Assembly (NCBI GenBank): GCA_965221695.1
Contig: OZ244905.1
Coordinates: forward strand, 544,001 to 608,000
DNA: 64,000 nucleotides
Origin: Gammaproteobacteria bacterium
GTDB taxonomy: Bacteria > Pseudomonadota > Gammaproteobacteria > Eutrophobiales > Eutrophobiaceae
Direction of reading: 5' to 3'
A program made the position numbers and the translations under genes. Positions 39,968 to 49,429 of this stretch are shown one piece after another (position 1 is the stretch's first letter; every line of letters begins with the position of its first letter). Under the pieces are notes generated by a model, which saw only the letters and a list, made by a program, of their open reading frames with translations, was not told the origin of the DNA and made no database searches.

Positions 39968-40825
39968 ATGAAAAAACTTCTGTTTCAATTGGATACCGAC
40001 CCTCATGCCGCCGTGTTCGACACCGTAGTCGGTTTTGATGGCGGCGCTGACCATGTCATCGGGCATGGCGGCTGTACCCCGGACAACGTGCGCGCGCTGG
40101 TAGACGGCGCCATCTTTACCCGCAGCCCCAAGGAAAAGAAAAACACCGCGCTGTTCATCGGCGGCAGTGACATGGTCGCCGGCGAAAAGTTGCTGGATGC
40201 GGTGCAGAAGGTGTTCTTCTCCAATTTTCGTGTCTCTGTGATGCTGGACAGCAACGGCAGCAACACCACTGCGGCGGCAGCGGCCGCCAAGCTCTTGAGC
40301 AGCGGCGGCGTTGCCGGAAAAAAAGTGGTGATACTCGGGGGAACCGGCCCGGTCGGCCAGCGCGCCGCAGTGATGCTGACCCGGGAAGGCGCCGAGGTTG
40401 TATTGTGCTCCCGCGGCCAGGAACGCGCCCAAGCAGCCTGCGATGCCATCAAAGACCGATTCGGCGTGGACATAACACCGTTGGGCACCGCAACCGGCGA
40501 AGACCGGGCACGCGCCGTTGAAGACGCCAGTATAGTGATCGCAACCGGCGCCGCCGGGGTTCAGTTACTGGACCGTGAAGCCTGGGAGAACAACGCATCA
40601 ATCGAGATGCTCGCCGACGCCAACGCCACCCCACCGCTGGGCATAGAAGGCGTGGACATGATGGACCGCGGCGAAGTGCGCAACGGCAAAACCTGCTGGG
40701 GCGCAATCGGTTTCGGCACCCTGAAGCTTGCGCTGCACCGGGCTTGCATCGCAAAGCTGTTCGAAAGCAACGACCAGGTTCTCGACGCCGAGGAGATCTT
40801 CGCACTGGCGAAAACCATGACCTGA
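39968..40825 (+). CDS. mtdA: NADP-dependent methylene-H4MPT/methylene-H4F dehydrogenase
   Basis: MKKLLFQLDTD..VFDTVVGFDGGADH, IFTR, MLDSNGSNTTAAA, GGTGPVG, NATPPLGIEG, LKLALHRACI: matches the MtdA pattern. Confidence 0.93.
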   Translation: MKKLLFQLDTDPHAAVFDTVVGFDGGADHVIGHGGCTPDNVRALVDGAIFTRSPKEKKNTALFIGGSDMVAGEKLLDAVQKVFFSNFRVSVMLDSNGSNTTAAAAAAKLLSSGGVAGKKVVILGGTGPVGQRAAVMLTREGAEVVLCSRGQERAQAACDAIKDRFGVDITPLGTATGEDRARAVEDASIVIATGAAGVQLLDREAWENNASIEMLADANATPPLGIEGVDMMDRGEVRNGKTCWGAIGFGTLKLALHRACIAKLFESNDQVLDAEEIFALAKTMT

Positions 40826-40893
40826 AAAATGTAGCAGTTACGTAAATCACAGGACCTCCATAGCCGACATGTGGGCGTCCTGTGAATGCTGTA

Positions 40894-40908
40894 TAGGAAA
40901 AATTCCTA
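40894..40908. promoter_or_regulatory. Palindromic candidate regulator box
   Basis: TAGGAAAAATTCCTA upstream of the TonB receptor; similar box at 51329-51343. Confidence 0.45.
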
Positions 40909-41024
40909 ACCATTTATTCTTTTTTCCCTGTTTTCACTTAAGCAGTAAACGGCTACATTGCGTCTTTTAGCCGCTTGGCGGCGCAATTGCCTAATTCACT
41001 ACAATAAACCGGGAAACTCTGTCC

Positions 41025-43523
41025 ATGAAGATACCAAATGTTGCATTATTGATATTACTGATCATATTCAACTCAATGCCGGGCATCACCGCGGCGCAGG
41101 AAGATGTGGAAGAAATCGTTGTGATCGGTGTTACGCCTTCTCGGGACGGGGCGGGATTATCTGAAGATAAAATACCTTACCGGGTACAATCAGCGTCGGC
41201 AGAGGATATCGATCGGTCGCAGAGCCTTGATATATCCGATTTTCTCAGGCACAACCTTGCCAGCATCACCCACAATGATGCGCAGAACAACCCCCTGCAG
41301 CCGGATATACAATACCGCGGTTTCACTGCCTCGCCGCTGCTGGGCCTGTCGCAAGGCATGTCGGTGTACCAGAACGGCGTGCGCATCAACGAACCACTGG
41401 GCGATACGGTAAACTGGGACCTGCTGCCTGAATCCGCGATACACAGTATTGACCTGATCGGCGGCGCCAATCCGCTGTTTGGCCTGAATACGGTGGGCGG
41501 AGCGCTGTCGGTGAATATGAAGGACGGCTTCAACAGCGATGGCCACAGTGTGGAAGTGTACGGCGGTTCGTTTGAACGTATTGTTACCTCAGTGGAGAGC
41601 GGCGGCAACAATGGTTCGCTGGGTTATTATGCAAACGTCAGTTATTTCGATGAGGACGGATGGCGCGATGAATCACCATCCGATGCGCTCAACCTGTACG
41701 GCAGCCTGAGCTGGCGCAGCGCGATGTCCCGCTTGAACCTGAACGTCCAACATGGCGACAGCAAACTGATCGGCAATGGCGCGATCCCCGAGGAATTGCT
41801 GGCCGATGACCGGGATGCAGTCTTCACAGCCCCCGATGTCACTGAGAACGACTTGATCATGGTCAGCCTGGATGGCAGCCACAACTTCAATGACAACATG
41901 AAGCTCAATTTCAACATTTTCTATCGTGAAAATGATGGCTCTTCATTCAATGGCGACGGCAGTGAATTTGGCATTGAGTTCGACGATGACGGCATGTGGA
42001 TGCTGGTTGAAGAGGACGATGACGATGATGATGACGATGACGACAACGGCCATGACGACGATGACGATGATAACGGCAATGGCAACGACGATGATGACGA
42101 CGATAACGGCCATGATGACGATGATGATGACAATGGCCATGACGACGATGACGGCGACCACGACGAGGAAGAAGGCGTTGACACATACGGTGACGGCGAT
42201 CTTTCAGATGTGGGCATCGTTGCCATCAACAATACCAGCAGCCGCCGTCAGGAAAGCTACGGCACGGATATCCAGTTGACGTTGATGAACGACCTGATGG
42301 GCATGGAAAACCAGATGATCGTGGGCTTCACCTATTACAAGGGAGAAAGCACATTCCGCTCCGAAACGGAAATCGCCGACCTGGACCCCATAACCCGCAG
42401 CACCGTGGGCCTGGGCGCCGGCGTGTTCGTTGAAGATGCCAGGACCAACCTGGAGACGGAAACGGAAACCACCAGTTTTTACTTCATGAACGCGCTGAGC
42501 CTGTCGGAACAGCTTACCCTGGTCGTGTCCGGACGCCTGAACAACACCTTGATCGACCTTCAGGACCTCTCAGGCGAGCGTCCCGAACTGAACGGCGAAC
42601 ATGACTTCTTCCGCTTCAACCCGGCGGTGGGTCTGACATACCAACCCATGGATAACATCAATATCTACGGCAGTTACAGCGAATCGAACCGCGCCCCGAC
42701 GCCGATCGAACTTGCTTGCAACGACAGCGTCTATACACGTGCGCAATTGTTTGCCGACGACCCGGATGATGTTGATTTTGAATGCCGCCTGCCCAATGCG
42801 TTCCTGGCGGATCCACCCCTGAACGATGTGGTAAGCAAGAGTTTTGAAGCAGGCGTTCGCGGCAACATCGGTCTGGCCGATTACCACTTAGGATTCTTCC
42901 ATACCACCAACCACGATGACATCCTGTTCCAGACCACCGGCAGGGCCACCGGCCTGTTCGCCAACGTGGACAAGACCCGCCACCTGGGTTTTGAGGGACA
43001 GTTGAACGGTTCGACTGATAATATCAACTGGTTCCTGGCCTACACTTACCTGGAAGCAACTTTTGAAGATGATTTCATCGCAGTGGAGAACGAGAACCAT
43101 CCGCTGGGCGATGACATTGAGGTCGAATCAGGTGATCGCATACCGGGACTGCCGAAACATACGTTGAAACTGGGGGCTGATTACCTGCTGTTCGAGCGTC
43201 TGAATGTCGGTTTTGACGTAGCCTACACCTCCAAAAAGGAACTGCGCGGCAACGAGGGCAACGACCGGGATGAAGACGGGTACCTGAACCCCGTAGACGG
43301 CTATGCTGTGGTCAACCTGCGTGCCAGTTACCAGGTCAACGATAACATCCAGATTTTCGGCCGGGTCACCAACTTGTTTGACGAAGACTACGAGAGCTTT
43401 GGCCTGCTTGGCGAAGAACCGGACGAAGTGGCAGTAGAGGAGTTTGAGGACTATGAAAGCCCGCGCTTCGTCGGACCGGGAGCGCCGCGAGCAGGATTTG
43501 TCGGCATAAAGTTGAGTATGTAA
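41025..43523 (+). CDS. TonB-dependent receptor with Asp/His-rich repeat insertion
   Basis: Signal peptide, TonB box EEIVVIG, plug QPDIQYRGF..NGVRINE..FGLNTVGGAL, barrel end RVTNLFDEDY..PRAGFVGIKLSM. Confidence 0.93.
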   Translation: MKIPNVALLILLIIFNSMPGITAAQEDVEEIVVIGVTPSRDGAGLSEDKIPYRVQSASAEDIDRSQSLDISDFLRHNLASITHNDAQNNPLQPDIQYRGFTASPLLGLSQGMSVYQNGVRINEPLGDTVNWDLLPESAIHSIDLIGGANPLFGLNTVGGALSVNMKDGFNSDGHSVEVYGGSFERIVTSVESGGNNGSLGYYANVSYFDEDGWRDESPSDALNLYGSLSWRSAMSRLNLNVQHGDSKLIGNGAIPEELLADDRDAVFTAPDVTENDLIMVSLDGSHNFNDNMKLNFNIFYRENDGSSFNGDGSEFGIEFDDDGMWMLVEEDDDDDDDDDDNGHDDDDDDNGNGNDDDDDDNGHDDDDDDNGHDDDDGDHDEEEGVDTYGDGDLSDVGIVAINNTSSRRQESYGTDIQLTLMNDLMGMENQMIVGFTYYKGESTFRSETEIADLDPITRSTVGLGAGVFVEDARTNLETETETTSFYFMNALSLSEQLTLVVSGRLNNTLIDLQDLSGERPELNGEHDFFRFNPAVGLTYQPMDNINIYGSYSESNRAPTPIELACNDSVYTRAQLFADDPDDVDFECRLPNAFLADPPLNDVVSKSFEAGVRGNIGLADYHLGFFHTTNHDDILFQTTGRATGLFANVDKTRHLGFEGQLNGSTDNINWFLAYTYLEATFEDDFIAVENENHPLGDDIEVESGDRIPGLPKHTLKLGADYLLFERLNVGFDVAYTSKKELRGNEGNDRDEDGYLNPVDGYAVVNLRASYQVNDNIQIFGRVTNLFDEDYESFGLLGEEPDEVAVEEFEDYESPRFVGPGAPRAGFVGIKLSM
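42009..42173 (+). repeat. Coding tandem repeat (D6-NGH)n, ~27-nt unit
   Basis: EE-D10-NGH-D6-NGNGN-D6-NGH-D6-NGH-D4-GDHD-EEE with mixed GAC/GAT codons. Confidence 0.95.
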
Positions 43524-43539
43524 ACCTAGTACTCTGACC

Positions 43540-43574
43540 AAAGGCGCTGGCAAAGGACTTGCAAGCGCCTTTTT
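43540..43574 (+). terminator. Intrinsic terminator after the TonB receptor
   Basis: AAAGGCGCT...AGCGCCTTTTT stem-loop with T run. Confidence 0.65.
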
Positions 43575-43688
43575 CATTACTATGACTTAACCTCAGAGGT
43601 TTCTTAACCCTGATTTTCTGCCAATCCATATAAATTCACCGCCAAAACGGGTACACTTGCGTCCCTTTACTGACATGACGTGATCAAT

Positions 43689-44231
43689 ATGGAACAAGCC
43701 TACGCAGACATTATCAGCGAAATAGAAAACCTGGAGCGGCCAGGATTGGAAAAGACGCCGCGGCGCGCAGCGAAGGCCATGCGTTTTCTTACACGCGGCT
43801 ACAACCAGAGCCTGGATGATATCATTAACGACGCGCGCTTCCCGACAGAAAGCTGCGAAATGGTTCTGGTCCAGGATATTGAGCTCTATTCGCTGTGTGA
43901 ACACCATCTGCTGCCGTTTGTCGGCAAATGCCATGTGGCCTACATCCCGGACAAATTTGTGATAGGTCTGTCCAAGATCGCCCGAATCGTCGATATGTTC
44001 GCGCGCCGGCTACAAAATCAGGAAAACCTGACTATGGATATTGCCAAGGCTATGAATGCCGCAACAGAAGTTGAAGATGTCGCTGTGATTATCGAATCCA
44101 AGCATATGTGCATGATGATGCGCGGGGTGGAAAAACAGAATTCATTAATGAAAACCTCAGCCATGCTGGGTATTTTCAGGTCCAACTCCAGCACTCGGGC
44201 AGAACTGTTTTCGCTCCTGAAATCTACTTGA
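43689..44231 (+). CDS. folE: GTP cyclohydrolase I
   Basis: [43 protein letters not shown]. Confidence 0.96.
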   Translation: MEQAYADIISEIENLERPGLEKTPRRAAKAMRFLTRGYNQSLDDIINDARFPTESCEMVLVQDIELYSLCEHHLLPFVGKCHVAYIPDKFVIGLSKIARIVDMFARRLQNQENLTMDIAKAMNAATEVEDVAVIIESKHMCMMMRGVEKQNSLMKTSAMLGIFRSNSSTRAELFSLLKST

Positions 44232-44306
44232 GTCGTCTTGCGCCTCGGCACAAGCGCTCCCGTATTTCTCACCGGTAGATGACCACTCAGTGACGATGAG
44301 TCTTAC

Positions 44307-45173
44307 TTATAGAAACCCGTGTAACTCCGCGACGAACCGCTTGAGTTGATCATGATGCGGCCAGTGCCCGGCGTTTTCGTATAGAGAGACCTCAGCGTTA
44401 CGAAAATAACTCAGCCTGCCATCTTCTGCCGGGTTGGATGCCCAACTGTCCTTACCATAAATCAGACGGATAGGACAGGTAATCGCTCCCCAAAGCTGTT
44501 TGATGATCGCCGGCTCCAAGTCAACAGGCGGAAAGATACGCGCGCAATTATCAAACTTCCAACTGTATGTGCCGTCCTCATTCTGGATCACGCCATGGTG
44601 GGTAAGGTGGCGAGCTTGCTCGTCCGTCAGATGACTGTTTACAGTCTTCATACGCTGGTAAGCATCCGCCAAGGATTTATAACGTTTCGGCTGCCTGCCC
44701 GCCATTTGCCGCCTCTCATCTATCCAGTTGCGCACACGCTGCGCCATGGGCACAGCCTCCAACTGCTCGATATGTTCCGGTCCTAATGCCATACCTTCAA
44801 TAACGACCAGCTTGCGCACTGCATCCGGATACAGTCCGGTGTAGCGCAATGAGATGGAACCGCCTAAGGAATGCCCGACAATCGTGACTGGCTGCAATTC
44901 AAGCTGGTGTATCAGTTGCGCCAGATCGTAGACAAAAGTTGACATGCAATAATAACCATCCGGCGACCATTCACTATCTCCATGACCGCGCAGATCGGGC
45001 GCAATCACATGCCAATCCCGCGCCAGAGTACGTGCGATCCAGTCCCAACTCCGGCAATGGTCCCGGTTCCCATGAACCAGCAACAGTGGCGGCGCCGAGG
45101 GGTTGCCCCAGTCAACATAGCGCAGGCGCAAACGCTGGGAGATAAAAATATGAGATGTAGGACCGAGACTCAT
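44307..45173 (-). CDS. Alpha/beta-fold hydrolase
   Basis: LLVHG, APDLRGHGDS, GHSLGG nucleophile elbow, AGHWPHHD. Confidence 0.9.
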   Translation of the reverse strand: MSLGPTSHIFISQRLRLRYVDWGNPSAPPLLLVHGNRDHCRSWDWIARTLARDWHVIAPDLRGHGDSEWSPDGYYCMSTFVYDLAQLIHQLELQPVTIVGHSLGGSISLRYTGLYPDAVRKLVVIEGMALGPEHIEQLEAVPMAQRVRNWIDERRQMAGRQPKRYKSLADAYQRMKTVNSHLTDEQARHLTHHGVIQNEDGTYSWKFDNCARIFPPVDLEPAIIKQLWGAITCPIRLIYGKDSWASNPAEDGRLSYFRNAEVSLYENAGHWPHHDQLKRFVAELHGFL

Positions 45174-45351
45174 TTCAGCAACCAGTATACCACTGGCAGA
45201 ACATTGATATTTGGTCAGAATGACCGGCCTGCTCTATAAAGCAGATAATACTGACAATCGCGATGGAGTTGCGTTAACTCCTTTATTACGCTACATAACT
45301 CGTGCGACCCCTTGATTTTGCTTCTTGGTTTCTGCTGTCTTTACCTGATTA

Positions 45352-45487
45352 TCAAGTTTCCAAAAACAAGCCTACCTCGACCTTTTCCTGCTTGAGAATC
45401 TCTCTCAGAGTCCCTTCGGGCATATCGCCCGGATGATTGGGAATGGTGGTATATCTGCCGGTATTTGAACCCTGACAACCGGCCCAT
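45352..45487 (-). pseudogene. hicA: HicA toxin pseudogene (internal deletion with frameshift)
   Basis: MGRLSGFKYRQI in one frame; RYTTIPNHPGDMPEGTLREILKQ...LET* in another; central GSH segment absent. Confidence 0.8.
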
Positions 45488-45717
45488 CAGGCGCCAAGAA
45501 CCAATGGGTAATCGAACGAATCTTCAGCATGTTTCAATTTAGCTTGTTGGCGGCGTTCTGCTTTTGTTTCCAGCAGCTTCTTTTCTACGTCACGTGTGAT
45601 TTTCAGTGTTTCGGTAATGGTACGTCCCTGGGCAACCAGGCCCGGGATATCCTCACTGGTAGCCAGGTACACCCCATCCGGGAGTTTCTCGATATGAACG
45701 TTGGCAATTTGTTCCAT
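45487..45717 (-). CDS. hicB: HicB-family antitoxin
   Basis: IEKLPDGVYLATSEDIPGLVAQGRTITE; stop overlaps the hicA ATG (TGATG). Confidence 0.82.
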   Translation of the reverse strand: MEQIANVHIEKLPDGVYLATSEDIPGLVAQGRTITETLKITRDVEKKLLETKAERRQQAKLKHAEDSFDYPLVLGA

Positions 45718-45849
45718 TATTATCTCCGGGTTATTGAAGAGCGTTACACAGGAGTACAGAAGGTTGGATTTTATCTTGGTTCCGTTCCATATTCAAAAGG
45801 AAATCAGATTGGATGATACGTCTCGCCTTGGGAGCAACTTTGTGTTCCA

Positions 45850-45875
45850 CTGGATTCCCACCTGCGCGGGATGGC
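45850..45875. repeat. Half copy of the 31.1-kb palindromic repeat family
   Basis: CTGGATTCCCACCTGCGCGGGATGGC. Confidence 0.5.
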
Positions 45876-46132
45876 AAATGTATAGCGATGACCGCGAACC
45901 TGCTCGCTCAGGGTATAATTCTCCTTAAAGCCATGTTTTGGTGTATGAAAAGCGAAGTTTAAGTCTGCTGAAAACAGGCTTATTTCGACAGTTTTCCTTT
46001 AGAATCAGCGGGCTCTGTCAGGCTGAACTGGTCTGTCCCCTCACAACCATACGGGACACTTTATTCCGGAAGATGTACCGGAAATGTTGTTGGAGCGTGT
46101 CTGGGATTTTCTATTAATGAAGGAGGAGTAAA

Positions 46133-47356
46133 ATGTCGTACAGAAAATATGATCGAATGCCTATGAGAATAAATATTAGAGACAGAAGAAATTTAAATCC
46201 CATTTTGGTTTGCGCCCTGTTTTTCATATTTTCATTAGGCAGCGCCGTGGTGAAGCCACACGGCGAAAATGGGATGGTAACGTCCCTTGGGAAGGAAAAA
46301 GCTGTTTTCTATAAAAATTATTATTTTCCGAATACAGAAAAATTGGCAGAAGACGAAATGCGGGTAATTGCTTTGGGAACGGGTAATCCTGATCTCCGCA
46401 AATCACAAGTTGCTCCTTCCTGGTTTGTTGAACTCGGAAACGGAGATAAGTTTTTCTTCGACGTGGGTATTGGTTCACAGGTCAATTTTCCCATGTTGCA
46501 AATATCATTTCGCGAAGCAGATAAAGTATTTTTGACACATCTACATGTTGATCATGTGGGTGACTTGGATGCCTTATGGTTGTCTGGTTGGGTTTCAAAT
46601 CGCTACGACAGACCACTAAGGGTATGGGGCCCCAGTGGTGCGAAAAAGAAGTATGGAACCAGATATTTTATTAATAAGCAAAAGGAAGCATGGGCTTGGG
46701 ATGTCGATAGTCGTCACGGCAAACTTCCAGCTGCAGGCGCCGGAATAGAAGTTAACGAATTCGATTTTTCCAGAACACAAGTCGTCTATAACGAAAACGG
46801 TGTCAGGATTACATCAATCCCCGCGCTGCATATTATGGATGGTCCGGTTAGTTATCGCCTGGACTGGAACGGATTGAGCTTCGCCTATTCAGGTGATACA
46901 ACACCAACCCGTTTTTTTGTTGATGCAACCCAAGGTGTTGATCTGCTGATACATGAGGCTTTTCCTACAGCCAGTCAAATGGAAGAACGTATCGGATGGG
47001 ACAGGGAAACCGCCAAGGTTGTCGGTGAATTTGTGCATACAGCGCCGAGTGATGCAGGTAAGGTTTTTGAAATGACGAAACCACGTCATGCTGTGGCCTA
47101 TCATTTCTGGAATGATTTTGATTTAATTCATGAAGTGTATGATGAAGTAAGGAAGTTCTACAAAGGACCGTTATCATTAGCAGCGGATGGCATGGTATTC
47201 AACATTACCAAAGAGAAGATCATCGTCAGGGAATTGGTTGGACCTACTAATACTTATGAAGAAGCTGTTGATCCTGAAGCTTTTGGTAATGCAAAACGCG
47301 GCAAGAATATTCCCCCTTCTGACTGGTTGCTCAAGGGAAGACTATTTTCAGATTAA
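46133..47356 (+). CDS. Exported MBL-fold metallo-hydrolase (RNase Z/arylsulfatase-like, GntH-like)
   Basis: ALGTG, FFFDVG, THLHVDHVGD, VWGPSG, SGDT, LIHEAF, HT motifs; N-terminal hydrophobic segment; start uncertain; AT-richer than flanks. Confidence 0.85.
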   Translation: MSYRKYDRMPMRINIRDRRNLNPILVCALFFIFSLGSAVVKPHGENGMVTSLGKEKAVFYKNYYFPNTEKLAEDEMRVIALGTGNPDLRKSQVAPSWFVELGNGDKFFFDVGIGSQVNFPMLQISFREADKVFLTHLHVDHVGDLDALWLSGWVSNRYDRPLRVWGPSGAKKKYGTRYFINKQKEAWAWDVDSRHGKLPAAGAGIEVNEFDFSRTQVVYNENGVRITSIPALHIMDGPVSYRLDWNGLSFAYSGDTTPTRFFVDATQGVDLLIHEAFPTASQMEERIGWDRETAKVVGEFVHTAPSDAGKVFEMTKPRHAVAYHFWNDFDLIHEVYDEVRKFYKGPLSLAADGMVFNITKEKIIVRELVGPTNTYEEAVDPEAFGNAKRGKNIPPSDWLLKGRLFSD

Positions 47357-47431
47357 AATAGTGCGAAAGATTGGTGCATTATTATTCCTCTTATTTTTTA
47401 TTCAACAGGTTGAATTGACAATAAAGAGAGC

Positions 47432-47507
<76 letters not shown>

Positions 47508-47639
47508 AATGAGGGCGTATTGTCGAGCAAACCCGGCATAACTTCAAGAACTTTAAAACAGTTGTCCGACGGAATTCAGAGCTTGTATTGCGATTGAATC
47601 TCACGGGCTACAGGTCCGTTCTCATGATATTATGCTGAT

Positions 47640-49229
47640 ATGAGTCATCGTCGCCTGCTGCCTATCGGTATCCAGACCTTCCGCACTATCAGAGAAAGTA
47701 ATTCGTATTACGTAGACAAAACGTCCTGGATTCACCTTCTGGCGAAAACAGGAAGCCGCTACTTCCTCTCCCGGCCCCGCCGTTTCGGTAAAAGCCTGCT
47801 GCTGGACACCATCGCCGAGTTGTTTGCTGGCTCTGAAGAATTATTTCAAGGCTTACACATTCATGACCGCTGGGACTGGTCGGTTTCCCATCCTGTGGTT
47901 CGTATCAGCTTTGGCGGCGGCGACTATCGGGAACTGGAAGGCGTGAACAGCCTCAGGAACGACCTTGACAGCCAGCTCTCCGAGTTGGAAGAACAGTTTG
48001 GCGTTCATGGCATCAGCGAGCCTTACTCGGCACCCCGGCGTTTCTCCAGTTTATTAAGAAAATTGCACGAGACCACTGGTCAGCGCGTCGTAGCGCTGGT
48101 GGATGAGTACGACAAACCCATCCTTGATATGCTGGAAGACTCGGAAGTTGCCAAAGCCAACCGGGATACGCTACGCGCATTCTATGCGGCCATCAAGGAG
48201 GCCGACGCGCATGTCCGATTCGCTTTTCTTACGGGAGTGAGCAGGTTTTCTCGTGTGAGCCTGTTCTCCGGGCTGAATAACCTGGAGGATATCACCCTGC
48301 AACCTGAATATTCTTCCATCTGTGGCTATACGGACAGGGATCTGGAAGAGGTCTTTGCGCCGGAGCTGCCAGAGCTGGACAGAAAGAAAATCAGGGAATG
48401 GTACAACGGTTACAACTGGCTGGGCGAAGACAAGGTCTATAACCCGTTCGATGTGCTGCTTCTGTTCAAAAAACAGAGGTTTGAGGCCCACTGGTTTGAA
48501 ACCGGCACGCCGACATTCCTTGTAGAGCGCCTGTTGCAACATGGCGTGACGTCCATGGATTTGGAGCAAATGGTAGCAACAAAAGACGTGCTCTCCAGCT
48601 TTGACGTGGAAGCAATTGACCCGGTAGCCCTTCTGTTTCAGACCGGCTATCTGACTATCCTGGAAGAATTGGAGGAAGAGTTTGAATACCGCCTGGGTTA
48701 TCCAAACCGAGAGGTGAAAGAGAGCTTGAACCGGTTCTGGCTGAATTATGTGTCCGGGCACAGCCAGGCATGCAGCAATGTTCGCAGCCGATTGCGCCAG
48801 GTTTTACGCACGCAGGACATTGCAGGGTTACGGGAAGCAATTCATGCCCTGTTCTCAGAAATACCCTATCAGTGGCACACCAGGAATCCTATCAGTGACT
48901 ATGAAGGTTACTATGCCAGTGTGTTCTATTCGCATCTGGCTGCCCTGGGCTTCAACCTCGTCGCAGAACAGTCCGTGAGCCAGGGGCGCGTGGACCTTGT
49001 ACTACGGACATCTGACTGTATTTACTTGTTAGAGTTCAAGGTGATCGACGGTGAGAAACCAGTGGGAAAGGCGCTGCGACAGGTGCAGGAAAAAAACTAT
49101 GCGGATCCTTATCGCTCCACTGGGCTGCCTGTCCACCTGGTCGGGGTAGAGTTTAGCCGAGAGAGCCGCAATGTTGTTGGAGTAGAACACCAATCGCTGA
49201 TTATTCCTCCCCACACAGATGAGGCATGA
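47640..49229 (+). CDS. AAA-ATPase-like protein with C-terminal PD-(D/E)XK nuclease domain
   Basis: LPIGIQTF..YYVDKT, RPRRFGKSL, VDEYDKP, YNPFD, GRVDLV..LLEFK. Confidence 0.9.
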   Translation: MSHRRLLPIGIQTFRTIRESNSYYVDKTSWIHLLAKTGSRYFLSRPRRFGKSLLLDTIAELFAGSEELFQGLHIHDRWDWSVSHPVVRISFGGGDYRELEGVNSLRNDLDSQLSELEEQFGVHGISEPYSAPRRFSSLLRKLHETTGQRVVALVDEYDKPILDMLEDSEVAKANRDTLRAFYAAIKEADAHVRFAFLTGVSRFSRVSLFSGLNNLEDITLQPEYSSICGYTDRDLEEVFAPELPELDRKKIREWYNGYNWLGEDKVYNPFDVLLLFKKQRFEAHWFETGTPTFLVERLLQHGVTSMDLEQMVATKDVLSSFDVEAIDPVALLFQTGYLTILEELEEEFEYRLGYPNREVKESLNRFWLNYVSGHSQACSNVRSRLRQVLRTQDIAGLREAIHALFSEIPYQWHTRNPISDYEGYYASVFYSHLAALGFNLVAEQSVSQGRVDLVLRTSDCIYLLEFKVIDGEKPVGKALRQVQEKNYADPYRSTGLPVHLVGVEFSRESRNVVGVEHQSLIIPPHTDEA

Positions 49230-49429
49230 AGCGCCGACCTCTCTTTTGATAGCCGGTTTTGCCATTCACGCGCCCATCCATCTCCCCCCACAGTACTTTG
49301 GATAGGCTGATCAAATCCGCCAGTTCAGGATCTGCATAAAGGCTGTGCGTGCTCTGACAAATTCTGGACGGACTTGCCACGCTTGAATATATAACTTCAA
49401 TGTCAATAAGAGGCGCTGTCAGGATAATG

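Noticed and set aside
40826-41024. Cobalamin riboswitch before the TonB receptor
   Set aside because: No B12-box consensus seen; only a simple hairpin and the palindromic box
41921-42279. Poly-Ser, poly-Met/Thr, poly-Val/Ile and Arg/His ORFs
   Set aside because: Alternative-frame and antisense readings of the Asp repeat in the TonB receptor
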